From assembly GCA_963743525.1 (NCBI GenBank), contig CAVUQH010000002.1, forward strand, positions 128,001 to 192,000: a stretch of DNA of 64,000 nucleotides. Direction: 5' to 3'. A model generated the notes under the pieces. It was not told the DNA's origin, ran no database searches, and saw only the letters and a program-made list of their open reading frames with translations. Origin of the DNA: an uncultured delta proteobacterium (GTDB taxonomy: Bacteria > Myxococcota_A > Polyangia > Haliangiales > Haliangiaceae). The position numbers and the translations under genes are program-made. Below are positions 37,895-47,641 of this stretch, one piece after another. Within the stretch, counting starts at the first letter, position 1; each line of letters begins with the position of its first letter.

Positions 37895-40294
37895 CTACAC
37901 CATTTGCGTGTCGCCGGTGACGATCTGGTTGTTTTCCAGCTGCCGGCGGTTGGCCTCTCGGCGCACCTCGTCCCAGAGCAGCGGGTTCTCGGCCACCACC
38001 TCGTAGAAGTCGCGCGGCGACATCACCGCCAGCTCCGTCGGTCCGACCGCTGTCACCGAAGCGTTGGCGACGCTGCCGCGGAGCAGTGACATCTCGCCGA
38101 AGTAGGCGCCCTCGCCCAGCGTCGCCAGCAACACCGACCGGCGCGCCCCGACCCGTTTGGTGATCTCGACCGACCCCAGGACGATGAGATACAGGCCGCC
38201 GGCCGGCTCACCCTCGATGACGATGCGCTGGCCCGACTCGGCGCGCACGGGCTGGAAGCGGGCCAGCAGCTCGGAACGGCGGTCCTCGGGCAGCGGCTTG
38301 AAGAACGGCGCCGTCCACATGAGGGTGGCCAACAGCCGCTCGCGATAGAAGCGCTCGAGCGCCGGGCCGACGTCGGCATAGGTTGCCGCCAGCTCGCGCA
38401 AGAGCCGGCGCGGAATCTCGTAGATCTCCGACGGCACGACCGCCTGCACGGTGGCGTGGCGGCGACGGTCGGCGAGCAGCGCGAACTCGCCGAACAGCGC
38501 ACCGTTGCCCAGTCGCGCGACCTCGAGTGGCTCGCCGCCGGGCTCCAGCGGGTTGCGCTTGAGGATGCGCACCTCGCCGTTGGCCAGCACGAAACAGGCG
38601 TTGCCCGGATCGCCCTCGTTGACCACCACCTCGCCCGCGCCGAAGTGGCGCAGAGTCATGCGCCGAGCCATCTCGGCCAGCGCTTCTTCCGGCAAGGTCG
38701 AGAACAGCTCCAGTGGCAGATCGATGACCGCGCCGTCGGGAGCCAGATGCGACAGCGTGTCGCTGAACGGCCAATCGAAGGCGCGCAACAGACGCAGGTC
38801 GTCGGCGCTCTCGTGGATGTCCGGCTGGGTCGCGCGATCGGGCCGGACGCCCGGCTCGCCCGGGTTGGTCGGCTCGGCGTCATCCTCGGCGGCCAGCTGC
38901 GCCAGACGCCCGGATGGCTCCAGCGCCGGCAGGCCGGGAATGACGTCGGCGCGGGTATCGGTGATGCCGGTGGTCTCACCGGTGGGAATCTCTTCGAAGT
39001 CCGACTGCCCTCGCGGCCCGGGCGCGCGCCGCGGCGGCGGCGTATCCAACGCGCCTATGATCGGCCGGGTCTCGCGCGAGAAGGCGGCCGGATCCGCGAC
39101 TCGGCCGCCGCGGCGCACCGGCCCCGGCTCGCGCGGCAGCGGCGGCCGGCCGGGGATGGTCGGTCGCGGGGCCACCCGGCGAGCCACCGTCGCGCCCTTC
39201 GGCGGAATCACCTGCGGCACCGTCACCGGCCGCGGCGGCGTCACCGGCCGCGGCGGCGTCACCGGCCGCGGCGGCTCGCGCACGGGAAGGTCGTCGGCGA
39301 TGAGGCCGGCGAGCAGGCCCGACTCGTCGGCCACCGTGGTCATGGCGTCGTCGTCCTCGCCCGACCGCGGCGGCGCGATCGCCAGCTCCGGCGCGATCCG
39401 GGTGGGCGCGTCATCGGCCTCGGGCAGCGGCGCGGTGACGCCGTCGAAGTCGGCTTCGACGTCGATCGCCTCCTCGGCCACCGGCTCGATGGCAATCGGC
39501 AGGCCGCCCAGCCGGTCGTCGGCGATGCGGGTCATCTCGTCGTCCTCGTCGAGCGGCGGCAACGGCTCGGGAGTCATGACCCGCGGCGGCAACGGCGGCG
39601 GACGGCCCATCGGCATCCGCCGCACCAGGCTGTCGTCGTCGCTGTCGTGCATCGCCAGCGGCTCGGGCAGTGGCGTCGGCGTGAGCAGCGGCCCGCTGTG
39701 GCGCCGCGGTGCCTCGCGCATCCGCTCGGTGGTGCGCGGGTCCGGCGTGACCGCCCGCGCGCGGGAGCGCAGCTCGGCCATGCGCGGCGCCAGCTGGTTG
39801 ACCGGTATCACCCGTTCGGAGACATCACCTCGCGGCGTCATGCCCGAGCCGGGACCGAAGTCATCCGACGGCGGCGGCTGGGCCACCGCCATGCCCGGCG
39901 AGGTGCGGCGAGGCCCCGGCGTGTGCGCCTTGGGCGGCGGCAACTGACTGGTCTGCGACGGCGACAGCGATGGGATGTCCTGGCCGGCGGCGGCGACGTC
40001 CTCGGCCGCCTGCGCCTCGGCGGCGTTCTGCCGCATCTGGTCGAGCTCGGCGAGCAGGCGCTGGGTCTCGGCCTGCGACGGCTCGATCTCGAGCACGCTC
40101 TTGCACACCGCGATCGCCTGAGCCAGCCGGCCCTGCGCGTGGTAGGCCACGGCGACGCTGCGGTAGAGCTGCACCGCATCCTGCGTCCGCCCAGCCTCGC
40201 GGTACGCAGCCGCGAGCCTGAGGCGAAGGACCAGATTCTCCTGGTCCTTGCGGAGCTGCTTCTCCAGCTCCTTGATGGCCTTCTTCGGGTTCAT
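37895..40294 (-). CDS. TPR + long Pro-rich linker + tandem cyclic-nucleotide-binding domain protein
   Basis: N-terminal TPR (AIAVCKSVLEIEP); two cNMP domains (FGEFALL..RRRHATV and FGEMSLL....ANASV); (RPVTPP)x3 in the linker. Confidence 0.88.
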   Translation of the reverse strand: MNPKKAIKELEKQLRKDQENLVLRLRLAAAYREAGRTQDAVQLYRSVAVAYHAQGRLAQAIAVCKSVLEIEPSQAETQRLLAELDQMRQNAAEAQAAEDVAAAGQDIPSLSPSQTSQLPPPKAHTPGPRRTSPGMAVAQPPPSDDFGPGSGMTPRGDVSERVIPVNQLAPRMAELRSRARAVTPDPRTTERMREAPRRHSGPLLTPTPLPEPLAMHDSDDDSLVRRMPMGRPPPLPPRVMTPEPLPPLDEDDEMTRIADDRLGGLPIAIEPVAEEAIDVEADFDGVTAPLPEADDAPTRIAPELAIAPPRSGEDDDAMTTVADESGLLAGLIADDLPVREPPRPVTPPRPVTPPRPVTVPQVIPPKGATVARRVAPRPTIPGRPPLPREPGPVRRGGRVADPAAFSRETRPIIGALDTPPPRRAPGPRGQSDFEEIPTGETTGITDTRADVIPGLPALEPSGRLAQLAAEDDAEPTNPGEPGVRPDRATQPDIHESADDLRLLRAFDWPFSDTLSHLAPDGAVIDLPLELFSTLPEEALAEMARRMTLRHFGAGEVVVNEGDPGNACFVLANGEVRILKRNPLEPGGEPLEVARLGNGALFGEFALLADRRRHATVQAVVPSEIYEIPRRLLRELAATYADVGPALERFYRERLLATLMWTAPFFKPLPEDRRSELLARFQPVRAESGQRIVIEGEPAGGLYLIVLGSVEITKRVGARRSVLLATLGEGAYFGEMSLLRGSVANASVTAVGPTELAVMSPRDFYEVVAENPLLWDEVRREANRRQLENNQIVTGDTQMV

Positions 40295-40394
40295 CCCTCG
40301 CCCCGGCCCCCGATCTTACCAGCGCTGGACCCGAAGTGCCGAAATTTCACACGATTAGGGCCCAGACGACGTGGCGAGGGACGCGCGCGACGGC

Positions 40395-40967
40395 CTATTG
40401 CGGGGTCAGCTCGACCGAGGCCCGGAAGGTGAGCGACTTGGGCGCCGACGGAATCGTCCAGCTGCTGGTGACGCCCTTCATGCACGCGGAGAAGTGGTCG
40501 CTGATCCGCTTGTCCATGCTCACGCCGGTCAACTTGCCCGAGGTGTTGAACTTGACCGAGATGTTCAGCGTGATGCTGCGCGCCTGGAGCGAAGAATCCT
40601 TCTTGAGCGCAGTCTGGTAGCACTTGCGGATGGCGCCGCGCGACCCGTTCACGTGCGCCCAAAACGCCTTGGCGTACTTCTCGACGTCAACCTGCGGGCT
40701 CGGATGACTACTGCCGGTGTCCTTGCCGCTGATCTGGATCGGGTCGGTCATGGTGACCGTGAACTCGTCGGCGCCCTTGGCCTCGAGCTCGGTGACCCGC
40801 GCCTGCAGCTGCTGGATCATCTTGTCCTTCTCGCCGACGAAGCTCTCACACTTGGTGAGCTTGTCGATCGTCGCGGGCGAGTCCTTGAACTTCGTCTCGC
40901 CTTTGCAGGCACCCAGCGCAGTGACGGCGACCAGCACCGCGATCGCGCATCCCGAGAGCTCCCTCAT
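40395..40967 (-). CDS. AgmX/PglI C-terminal-domain lipoprotein
   Basis: Lipobox LGAC, a coiled coil, and 'GAIRKCYQTALKKD.SL.....FSACM.....W.IP'. Confidence 0.78.
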   Translation of the reverse strand: MRELSGCAIAVLVAVTALGACKGETKFKDSPATIDKLTKCESFVGEKDKMIQQLQARVTELEAKGADEFTVTMTDPIQISGKDTGSSHPSPQVDVEKYAKAFWAHVNGSRGAIRKCYQTALKKDSSLQARSITLNISVKFNTSGKLTGVSMDKRISDHFSACMKGVTSSWTIPSAPKSLTFRASVELTPQ

Positions 40968-41359
40968 TCGATCTTCTCCGTGGGTGTTACCGGCGTCGAA
41001 ACTATGTGAGGCCGGCGAATCAGACGGCGCACGATGCGACCCTCTCGGATGTGCGAGTCGGTCAGCTCCGCGACATCTAAAGTAGTCACGCCATTATACA
41101 ACGCCGAGGTGCCCCGCCTTCCCGGCAGGGCGGCAAACACGAACCGCTCCGGCTGCGGCCGGGGCACCAGCTCGCGGATGAGGCAGTTCGGACCCTGCGT
41201 GCAGCGACCGAAGCAGCTCTGCCAGCCCAGCTCGACCCGCTCGGCGATTCCCCGGTCGAGCAGGATCCGCCGGAACTGCTCGTAGATGGCCCGGGAACCG
41301 CGGCGCTCTCCACACTCGGGCCCGCGACAGACGAGCACTCTGAAGCGGCGGCCGCTCAC
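40964..41359 (-). CDS. Thioredoxin-like [2Fe-2S] ferredoxin
   Basis: VCRGPEC...G and CFGRC.QGPN, Y.GV, and H...G.IV..L; ATGA overlap with the downstream gene. Confidence 0.85.
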   Translation of the reverse strand: MSGRRFRVLVCRGPECGERRGSRAIYEQFRRILLDRGIAERVELGWQSCFGRCTQGPNCLIRELVPRPQPERFVFAALPGRRGTSALYNGVTTLDVAELTDSHIREGRIVRRLIRRPHIVSTPVTPTEKIE

Positions 41360-41437
41360 CGTCCACCAGGGTAGCCCGTCCCCGCGCCCGGCGCCACGGG
41401 CGGGAGTACACCCTCCTACCCCGGTCCAGGGTCGCGC

Positions 41438-43303
41438 TTACTTGGAGCGCGCGGTCAGGGTCAGCGCCCGCGAGGCGTATTCGGCCACCGAACGCTGGGT
41501 CCGCGGGTCCTGGGCCACGTACGCGACCAGCTCGCGCTCGCCCGCACCACCGCCGGCCAGCAGCGCGTCGATGGTCGCGCTGAGCGTGGCCACCTGGCTG
41601 CCCAGGCTGGGATCGGCGCGGTAGGTGATCAGGAACTGCCGCAGCGGGGCGATTTCGCCGCCGCCGCCGACGACCTTGAGCGCGCGAACGATCGCCGCCA
41701 GATCAGCCGGCGAGCTCTCCGGCGCGCGCAGCTGCGCGACCAGTGCGTCGGTCGCCGTCTTGCGCTGGGCCGGATCGATCGAGGCCGGGTCCATCGCGCC
41801 GATGGCGCGGGCGACCACGCCCACCGCCTTGGGACGGGTGCCGGCGATGAAGTCGTAGGGCACCGCCAGCGCGCCGACCAGGTCGGGCAGCCCCGACGGA
41901 TCCTTGCGCGCGACCAGCGCCTCGACCGCGCTCTCGTAGATCTTGGGTGGCGTGCGCGGATCGGCGAGCAGCGCCAGGATGTCTTTGGTCACCCCTTCGC
42001 CCGGCAGCTCGGCCAGCGCGCCGATGGCGAACCGCTTGACGTCGTTGTAGCGGGCGTCGCGATCGCGGGCGATGGCCGCCAGCGCCGCGACCGTGCTCTG
42101 CCCCTGATCGGAAGCGTCGGCCTCGGACGGGTGCCAGCCCTCGGCGTCGAAGGTCGCACCCAGCAGCTGGCCGTCGAACTTGGCCCTGTAGATACGCTTG
42201 CCGGTCGCCGGGTCGAGGGCGCCGATGTCGCCCATGGTCAACACGAAGTCGATCGACGGACCGGCGTGGAACGACGCGACCACGTCAACGCGGGGATGGT
42301 TGTAGGCCCAGCGCAGCTTGCCGGTGCTGACGTCGAAGGCGAAGAAGAAGCGATAGGTGTGAACCACCACTTCGCCATCGGAGAACGCCAGGCCGTTGTC
42401 GGCGGCCTTGCCCCGCCACAGGATGCGGTTGCGATCGTAGGCCGAGTAGCCGGCCTGGACCGGATCGAACGCGTCCCAGTAGTAGTTGGCGCGGACGAAC
42501 GCCGGCAGCTTGGCGGTGCCGTAGGTCGACGCCGCCCGCTTGCCCGAAGCGGCCTTCTGATCGAGCAGGAAGACGCCCAGCTTGGAGCCGAAGAAGACCT
42601 GGTCGCTGGTCGCGCGGACGAACGCGATCTCCTCGTCGATGCCGCGGATGCGGGTCAGCTGCTTGCCGGTCCTGGCGTCGAGCACGGCCAGCCACTGCTT
42701 GAGGAACGGGCTGAAGACCAGCCCGCCGCGGGCGGCCGGCGCCCCCAGCTGGCCGGGCGCATCGGCGCGCCACAGCTCGGTGCCGCTCTTGCCGTCGACT
42801 CCCACCAGCCACCAGGTCGGCTTGCTGCCGCTCTTGTCGGCGTAGACGTAGTAGGCGCGAGTGGCATCGGCGGCGGCGCCGATGAACTCCTTGCCCACCG
42901 GCTTGCTCCACAGCTTCTTGCCGGTGGTCACATCGCGACCGACCAGGCTGTCATCCTCGCGCAGGATCAGGAACGCCGCGCCGACCGAGACCTTGGAGGC
43001 CACGTCGGCCGGCTGCGACCACAGCGTCTTCTTGTCGGCCAGGTCGTAGGCGACCAGCTTCTGCGGCTCGCCCTTCTTCTTGTCGGCACGGGTGACGAGG
43101 AACGCCATCGGCTTGCCGGTCTGGTTGATCGGCTTGCCCGCCGACGGCGGCTGCATCTCCTGGAACGCCGCGGCCAGCGCGGCAGGGTTGTTGTCGTCAC
43201 TGGTGAGCGCGAACGCGCCCGAGCCGCCACACGCGGCCAGCGCGCTCATCGCCGCCAGCGCGGCGACGCCGCCCCACATCCGGTAGCCCTGTGCCCGCGC
43301 CAT
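41438..43303 (-). CDS. PQQ-like beta-propeller lipoprotein with C-terminal HEAT-like repeats
   Basis: Lipobox LAAC; repeated 'D..TGK.LW' blades; helical C-terminus; TGATG coupling to the upstream gene. Confidence 0.8.
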   Translation of the reverse strand: MARAQGYRMWGGVAALAAMSALAACGGSGAFALTSDDNNPAALAAAFQEMQPPSAGKPINQTGKPMAFLVTRADKKKGEPQKLVAYDLADKKTLWSQPADVASKVSVGAAFLILREDDSLVGRDVTTGKKLWSKPVGKEFIGAAADATRAYYVYADKSGSKPTWWLVGVDGKSGTELWRADAPGQLGAPAARGGLVFSPFLKQWLAVLDARTGKQLTRIRGIDEEIAFVRATSDQVFFGSKLGVFLLDQKAASGKRAASTYGTAKLPAFVRANYYWDAFDPVQAGYSAYDRNRILWRGKAADNGLAFSDGEVVVHTYRFFFAFDVSTGKLRWAYNHPRVDVVASFHAGPSIDFVLTMGDIGALDPATGKRIYRAKFDGQLLGATFDAEGWHPSEADASDQGQSTVAALAAIARDRDARYNDVKRFAIGALAELPGEGVTKDILALLADPRTPPKIYESAVEALVARKDPSGLPDLVGALAVPYDFIAGTRPKAVGVVARAIGAMDPASIDPAQRKTATDALVAQLRAPESSPADLAAIVRALKVVGGGGEIAPLRQFLITYRADPSLGSQVATLSATIDALLAGGGAGERELVAYVAQDPRTQRSVAEYASRALTLTARSK

Positions 43304-44172
43304 CAGTTGCCTCCACCCAAACGCTGCTCGACGATGTTCTCGGCCTCGCGCCGCGACTGCCGCGGCGGATTCTCCGGCACCGAGTCGATGTACGACGTCA
43401 GCTGCTCGATCGCCTCGTTCGAGGGAATCTTGCCCAGCGTGCGCACGACCTGCACGCGCGCCGCTTCCGGCTTGAAGTCCTTGCGCATCAGCACCAGCCC
43501 CAGGCAGCGCGCCAGCACCGCGTCGGGGGCGACGCCGATCAGCTCGCCCAGGCTCATCGCCATGTCGGCGTCGGCCATCGCCGCAATCGCCTCGGCCGGC
43601 GCCTCGTCGCCCTTCTTGAGCAGCGCCATCATCGGCTCGATACCGCGCTTGATCTTGCGCTCGCCGATCACCAGGACGGCGGCAGCGCGGACGTTCTTCT
43701 GCAGGTCGTGCAGCGCGGCCAGCACCTTCTCCACCGCGCGGCTGTCGTCCAGCGCGCCGACGGCGCGAACCGCGGCGGCGCGCACGCGCGCGTCGCGATG
43801 CGACAGGTACATGGCGGTGATGATGTCGTAGCCCTTCATCGTCGGGTGCGCGGCCAGACCGTCGAGCGCGGCAACCGCGACCTTGGGCGCCAGCCCGGTG
43901 GCCAGCGCTGCGAGCAACGCCTCGGAGGCGGCCGGGTTGCCCACCGAGCCGAGCCGCTCGGCGGCGGTCTTGGCCCGCTCGGCGTCGCCGCCGACCAGCG
44001 CCGCGGCCTCGACCTTGACGTCGACCTTCGCCGGTTTCGCCTTCGCGGGCTTGGCCCTGGCCGCCGCCGGCTTCTTGCCCTTGCCCTTGGGTTGGGCGTG
44101 CGCCGTACCCACCACCAGCGCCAGGGCGGCGACCACCCCGAGCCAGACCTGTATCCCGCGTCGATCGACCAT
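43303..44172 (-). CDS. Exported HEAT-repeat protein
   Basis: Signal peptide (TAHA), Lys/Ala linker, and repeats 'D..VRAAAV.A.G'. Confidence 0.8.
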   Translation of the reverse strand: MVDRRGIQVWLGVVAALALVVGTAHAQPKGKGKKPAAARAKPAKAKPAKVDVKVEAAALVGGDAERAKTAAERLGSVGNPAASEALLAALATGLAPKVAVAALDGLAAHPTMKGYDIITAMYLSHRDARVRAAAVRAVGALDDSRAVEKVLAALHDLQKNVRAAAVLVIGERKIKRGIEPMMALLKKGDEAPAEAIAAMADADMAMSLGELIGVAPDAVLARCLGLVLMRKDFKPEAARVQVVRTLGKIPSNEAIEQLTSYIDSVPENPPRQSRREAENIVEQRLGGGN

Positions 44173-44277
44173 GCGTTGCTCCCCAGGCGCCCGAAATCTG
44201 GGCCACCCCAGGGTTCGGTTGGTACCCCATCCGGCCCGGGGATTCAACGCCCGTGAGGGCTCTACCTTACGAAGCGG

Positions 44278-45195
44278 TCAGCGAGAGTTTGCCCGCCGGA
44301 CCGCCGGCGCCTCGCCCCGGAGCAGTTGCTCGATGGCGTCGAGGTCGGTGGAAGACGGCGCCTCGGCGCCCTCAATCCGGCGCGCCAGCTCGACCGTGCG
44401 CAGACCCAGCTCGCAGTAGAGCGGGCGCAGCTCGGCCGGCAGGACCTCGAGATGACGGGCGACGGTGGCGCGATCGCCCCGCCGGATCGGCCCGGTAAGG
44501 CCGGCTACGGTGCCGTGCTCGCGCACATTGGCCACGGCGCCGGCGGCCAGCGAGCCCAGGGCTGCCGCGGCGTCCTCGGCCGGTACGCCACTGGTCCCGA
44601 GCAGGGTCACCGCGGCGTCGAGCAGCGCGACCACGTAGTTGGAGGCCATGGCCGCGGCGGCGTGGTAGGCGGCCATCCGCTCCCCGCGCAGCTCCAGCGC
44701 CCGCCCGCCGAGGGCGGCGACCAGATCCCGGGCCACGTGCAGCCCGCGCTCGTCGCCCTCGATACCGAACATGGTGCCGGCCAGCTCGCGCATCGCCGTC
44801 CGGCCGTCGGCGATCGCCCGCAGCGGGTGCAGCGTGGCCACGCCGCCGACGCGATCGCGAACGTCGGCGAAGACGTCGGCCGCCGACAGCGCGCCCGAGC
44901 AGTGCAGCAGCACGTGCTTGCTGCTGATCATGCCGGTCGCCGTCAGCGTCCGCGCGACCTCGGCGATGGCGCCATCGCGCACGCAGATCAGCACCGCGTC
45001 GGCTTCGAGCAGCAGATCCGGCGGCGCGGCCGAGTACGACGCGACGCCGGCAACGGCGCCCGCGTGGCGAGCCGCGGCGGGCCTGCGCGCCCACAGACCG
45101 AGCACGGGAACGCCGCCGGTGCGCAGCGCGCCAGCCAGCGCGGTGGCCACCGGCCCGGCGCCGACGACGAACGTGTTGGGCGTACGGGAGGTCAT
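44278..45195 (-). CDS. Rossmann-like + DUF2520 oxidoreductase (PanG-like)
   Basis: Motifs VGAGPVA, V.DGAI, LHCSGA, HPL, YHAAA.MASN and LTGPIRRGD..TV..HL. Confidence 0.88.
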   Translation of the reverse strand: MTSRTPNTFVVGAGPVATALAGALRTGGVPVLGLWARRPAAARHAGAVAGVASYSAAPPDLLLEADAVLICVRDGAIAEVARTLTATGMISSKHVLLHCSGALSAADVFADVRDRVGGVATLHPLRAIADGRTAMRELAGTMFGIEGDERGLHVARDLVAALGGRALELRGERMAAYHAAAAMASNYVVALLDAAVTLLGTSGVPAEDAAAALGSLAAGAVANVREHGTVAGLTGPIRRGDRATVARHLEVLPAELRPLYCELGLRTVELARRIEGAEAPSSTDLDAIEQLLRGEAPAVRRANSR

Positions 45196-45752
45196 CGGTA
45201 CAGTCCTCGCTCCGCGATATAGTTCATCACGGCCCGCGGCACCAGAGGAAGCGCGCTCTGTCCGCGCGCGAGCCGCGCCCGAACCTCCGTGGAGGAGACG
45301 TCGGGCAGCTCGAAATCGCCGGGCCCGGGGTAGCCGCGCCGGCCGACGACGATGGGCGGGGCCAGGGCCTCGATCTGGTCCCAGCGGTGCCATTTGTCCC
45401 GTTCAGCCAGGATGTCGGCGCCAACGACCACGCGGAACCGGGCCGCGGGGTGGCGCCGCACCAGCTCCTGAAGCGTGTCCAGGGTGCGACTCTTGGGTCG
45501 GCCCAGCTCTTCCTCGACCCGGGACACCGCGACCCGCTCACCGAGGGCGGCAAACGCCAGCTGGCACATGCGGAACCGGTCGTCGAACGGCACCAGGTGC
45601 TTGTCGAAGGCGTGGCGGAAGGTCGGCACCACCCACAGCCGGTCGACCTCCTGGGTCTCGAGCACGAACAGGCAAGCCATCTGGTGGGCCACGTGGGGCG
45701 GGTTGAAGCTGCCGCCGTAGAGGGCAATGGTGCCCGTGACCGGCTCGCTCAT
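45192..45752 (-). CDS. nadD: Nicotinate-nucleotide adenylyltransferase
   Basis: Motifs YGGSFNPPHVAH, VVGAD, WHRW and VSSTEVR. Confidence 0.92.
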   Translation of the reverse strand: MSEPVTGTIALYGGSFNPPHVAHQMACLFVLETQEVDRLWVVPTFRHAFDKHLVPFDDRFRMCQLAFAALGERVAVSRVEEELGRPKSRTLDTLQELVRRHPAARFRVVVGADILAERDKWHRWDQIEALAPPIVVGRRGYPGPGDFELPDVSSTEVRARLARGQSALPLVPRAVMNYIAERGLYR

Positions 45753-46933
45753 GAGTACAGCAACCAGGCGCCGCGGCGGGCGCGAAAGTCATCCTCCGCG
45801 GCCCGCCAGGTGGCGGCCAGCTCGACCAGCGACGCGCCGCTGTCGATGCCCTCGCGCAGCGCCGCCGAGCCGGCCAGGAGATCGAACGCCGGCACGTCGT
45901 CGACGAACTCGTACGCCCGCGTGCGCCAGCGGAAGGCGTCCGGATCCAGCGCGCGCACCGCGCGCACGAACGCGACCCCGGTGAGGTAGGGACGAAACGC
46001 GCCCGCATCGGTGACGTGGAGCTGCACGCCCCCGCACGCCCGGCCGGCGTGCTTCTGAAACGTGGGTGTGAAGGTCAGCGGACGGACCGCCAGCCCCGGC
46101 AGCTCGTCGCGCGTCAACGCCGCCGCCAGCGCGTGGCCCGCGACGTGCGGCGCCCCGGCGATCTCGAACGGCCGGGTGGTGCCCCTGCCCTCGCTGAGCT
46201 CGGTGCCTTCGACCAGACACATGCCGGGATAGACCAGCGCCGTGTCCAGCGTCGGCATGTTGGGCGACGGCATCACCCACGGCAGCCCGCTCTCGCCGTA
46301 CGACATCGAGCGCCGCCAGCCGCGCATCGAAACGATCTCGAGATCGACGTCCAGCTTCTCGGTATCCCGGGCAAAGCGCGCGATCTCGCCGGCGGTCATG
46401 CCGTGGCGGTTGGGCACGTTGCCGAGCCCGACGAACGAGTAGAAGCCGTCCTCGATGGCGCCGCCCTCGACCAGCTCGCCGCCGATCGGATTGGGCCGAT
46501 CGAGGACCACGACGCCGACGCCCGCACGCGCACACGCGCGCATCGCGTACACCAGCGTCCAGACGTACGTGTAGTAGCGAGAGCCGACGTCCTGGATGTC
46601 GAACACCACCGCGTCGAGCCCGTCGAGCGACTCCGCCGTCGGCGCCAGCGACCCCTCGTCGGCGCCGTACAGCGAGTAGACCGGCAACCCGGTGTGCGGG
46701 TCCTCCCGGTCCGAGTCGACCGTGATCATGTCCTGCGCGTCACCGCGCACCCCGTGCTCGGGCCCGAACAGCACCCGCAAGTCGAAGCGCGGATCCGCGT
46801 GCATCGCGTCGGCAACGTGGCGCAGCCCCGCGTCCACCGACGTCGGGTTGCAAATCAGCCCCAGCCGCCGCCCGTCCAGACCGCGCACCTCTCCGTCGAG
46901 CACCAACTGCAGCCCCGTCGCAACCCGAGTCAC
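45749..46933 (-). CDS. namZ: Exo-beta-N-acetylmuramidase (DUF1343)
   Basis: Motifs LFGPEHGVRG, PVYSLYG, FDIQDVGSRYYTY, LDRPNP, HGMTAGE, PSPNMPT and SEGRGTTRPFE. Confidence 0.92.
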   Translation of the reverse strand: MTRVATGLQLVLDGEVRGLDGRRLGLICNPTSVDAGLRHVADAMHADPRFDLRVLFGPEHGVRGDAQDMITVDSDREDPHTGLPVYSLYGADEGSLAPTAESLDGLDAVVFDIQDVGSRYYTYVWTLVYAMRACARAGVGVVVLDRPNPIGGELVEGGAIEDGFYSFVGLGNVPNRHGMTAGEIARFARDTEKLDVDLEIVSMRGWRRSMSYGESGLPWVMPSPNMPTLDTALVYPGMCLVEGTELSEGRGTTRPFEIAGAPHVAGHALAAALTRDELPGLAVRPLTFTPTFQKHAGRACGGVQLHVTDAGAFRPYLTGVAFVRAVRALDPDAFRWRTRAYEFVDDVPAFDLLAGSAALREGIDSGASLVELAATWRAAEDDFRARRGAWLLYS

Positions 46934-46984
46934 GCGGGGAGAGTATCGCGTCTTGCCACCCGAAGGGACTCCAGCCCCCCACTG

Positions 46985-47211
46985 CCCCGGCCCCGGCCCC
47001 GGATCCGGACCCCGACGCGGATCCGGACCCGGACCCGGATCCGGACACGGACCCGGATCCGGACACGGATCCGGACACGGACCCGGATCCGGACACGGAC
47101 ACGGACCCGGATCCGGACACGGACACGGACACGGACCCGGATCCGGACCCGGACCCGGACCCGGACCCGGACACGGATCCGGACGCGGATCCGGACGCGC
47201 CCCCGGACCCG
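46985..47211. repeat. Degenerate hexamer tandem array (about 37 units of ACCCGG/ATCCGG/ACACGG/ACGCGG/CCCCGG) directly downstream of the four-helix-bundle gene
   Basis: Read directly; 6-nt register throughout; begins about 4 nt after the TAG at 47216-47218. Confidence 0.96.
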
Positions 47212-47215
47212 CCCT

Positions 47216-47533
47216 CTACCGCGTCAGCCTGAACAGCGTCGCCGTCACCCGGTCGAAGCGATCCATCAGCCCCGCGTCGAGCGCCCCGACGTAGCCCATC
47301 GCCTCCGCGACCCGCAAATTCGCCACCGTCTCCCGCGCCGAGCCCAGCGCACTGTCATACCGCGCCCGCCGCGTACCGCCCCGACTCCCCTCCCCCTCGG
47401 CCAGATTCAACACGATCGACGTCGCCGACCGCCGCAGCTGCCGGGCCTGGTCCCTGTCGAACTTCCCGATCTGCCCGGCCAGCGGCCTCACATCGCGCAC
47501 CAACTCGATGCAAACAGTGTGAATACGAAGCAT
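47216..47533 (-). CDS. Four-helix-bundle protein (23S rRNA IVP / Avd-like family)
   Basis: D.A.QLRRSATSIVLNLAEG.G......R..Y..A.GSARE....L.VA...GY is the family signature; SD-like AAGGAGAGG upstream of ATG 47533. Confidence 0.9.
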   Translation of the reverse strand: MLRIHTVCIELVRDVRPLAGQIGKFDRDQARQLRRSATSIVLNLAEGEGSRGGTRRARYDSALGSARETVANLRVAEAMGYVGALDAGLMDRFDRVTATLFRLTR

Positions 47534-47582
47534 ACGATCCTCTCCTTGCGAAAGTGAGGTCTCCCTCACCGCCCAGCGCGCA

Positions 47583-47641
47583 GGCGGGGTCAAGGGCGCG
47601 AAGCGGCGCGCGCTCCGCGCGCGCGAACCCTTGACGCCGCC
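47583..47641. promoter_or_regulatory. Long hairpin in the leader of the four-helix-bundle gene
   Basis: GGCGGGGTCAAGGG (47583-47596) pairs with CCCTTGACGCCGCC (47628-47641) with one mismatch and encloses an inner GCGCGCG/CGCGCGC stem. Confidence 0.65.

Noticed and set aside
46692..47294. Gly/Pro/His- or Arg/Thr-repeat proteins encoded by the hexamer array
   Set aside because: The array lacks stops in all frames by construction; no credible start or SD, and these ORFs overlap namZ and/or the four-helix-bundle gene.
47216..47533. Diversity-generating retroelement or 23S rRNA intervening sequence
   Set aside because: No reverse transcriptase, no TR/VR pair differing at adenines and no rRNA sequence nearby.
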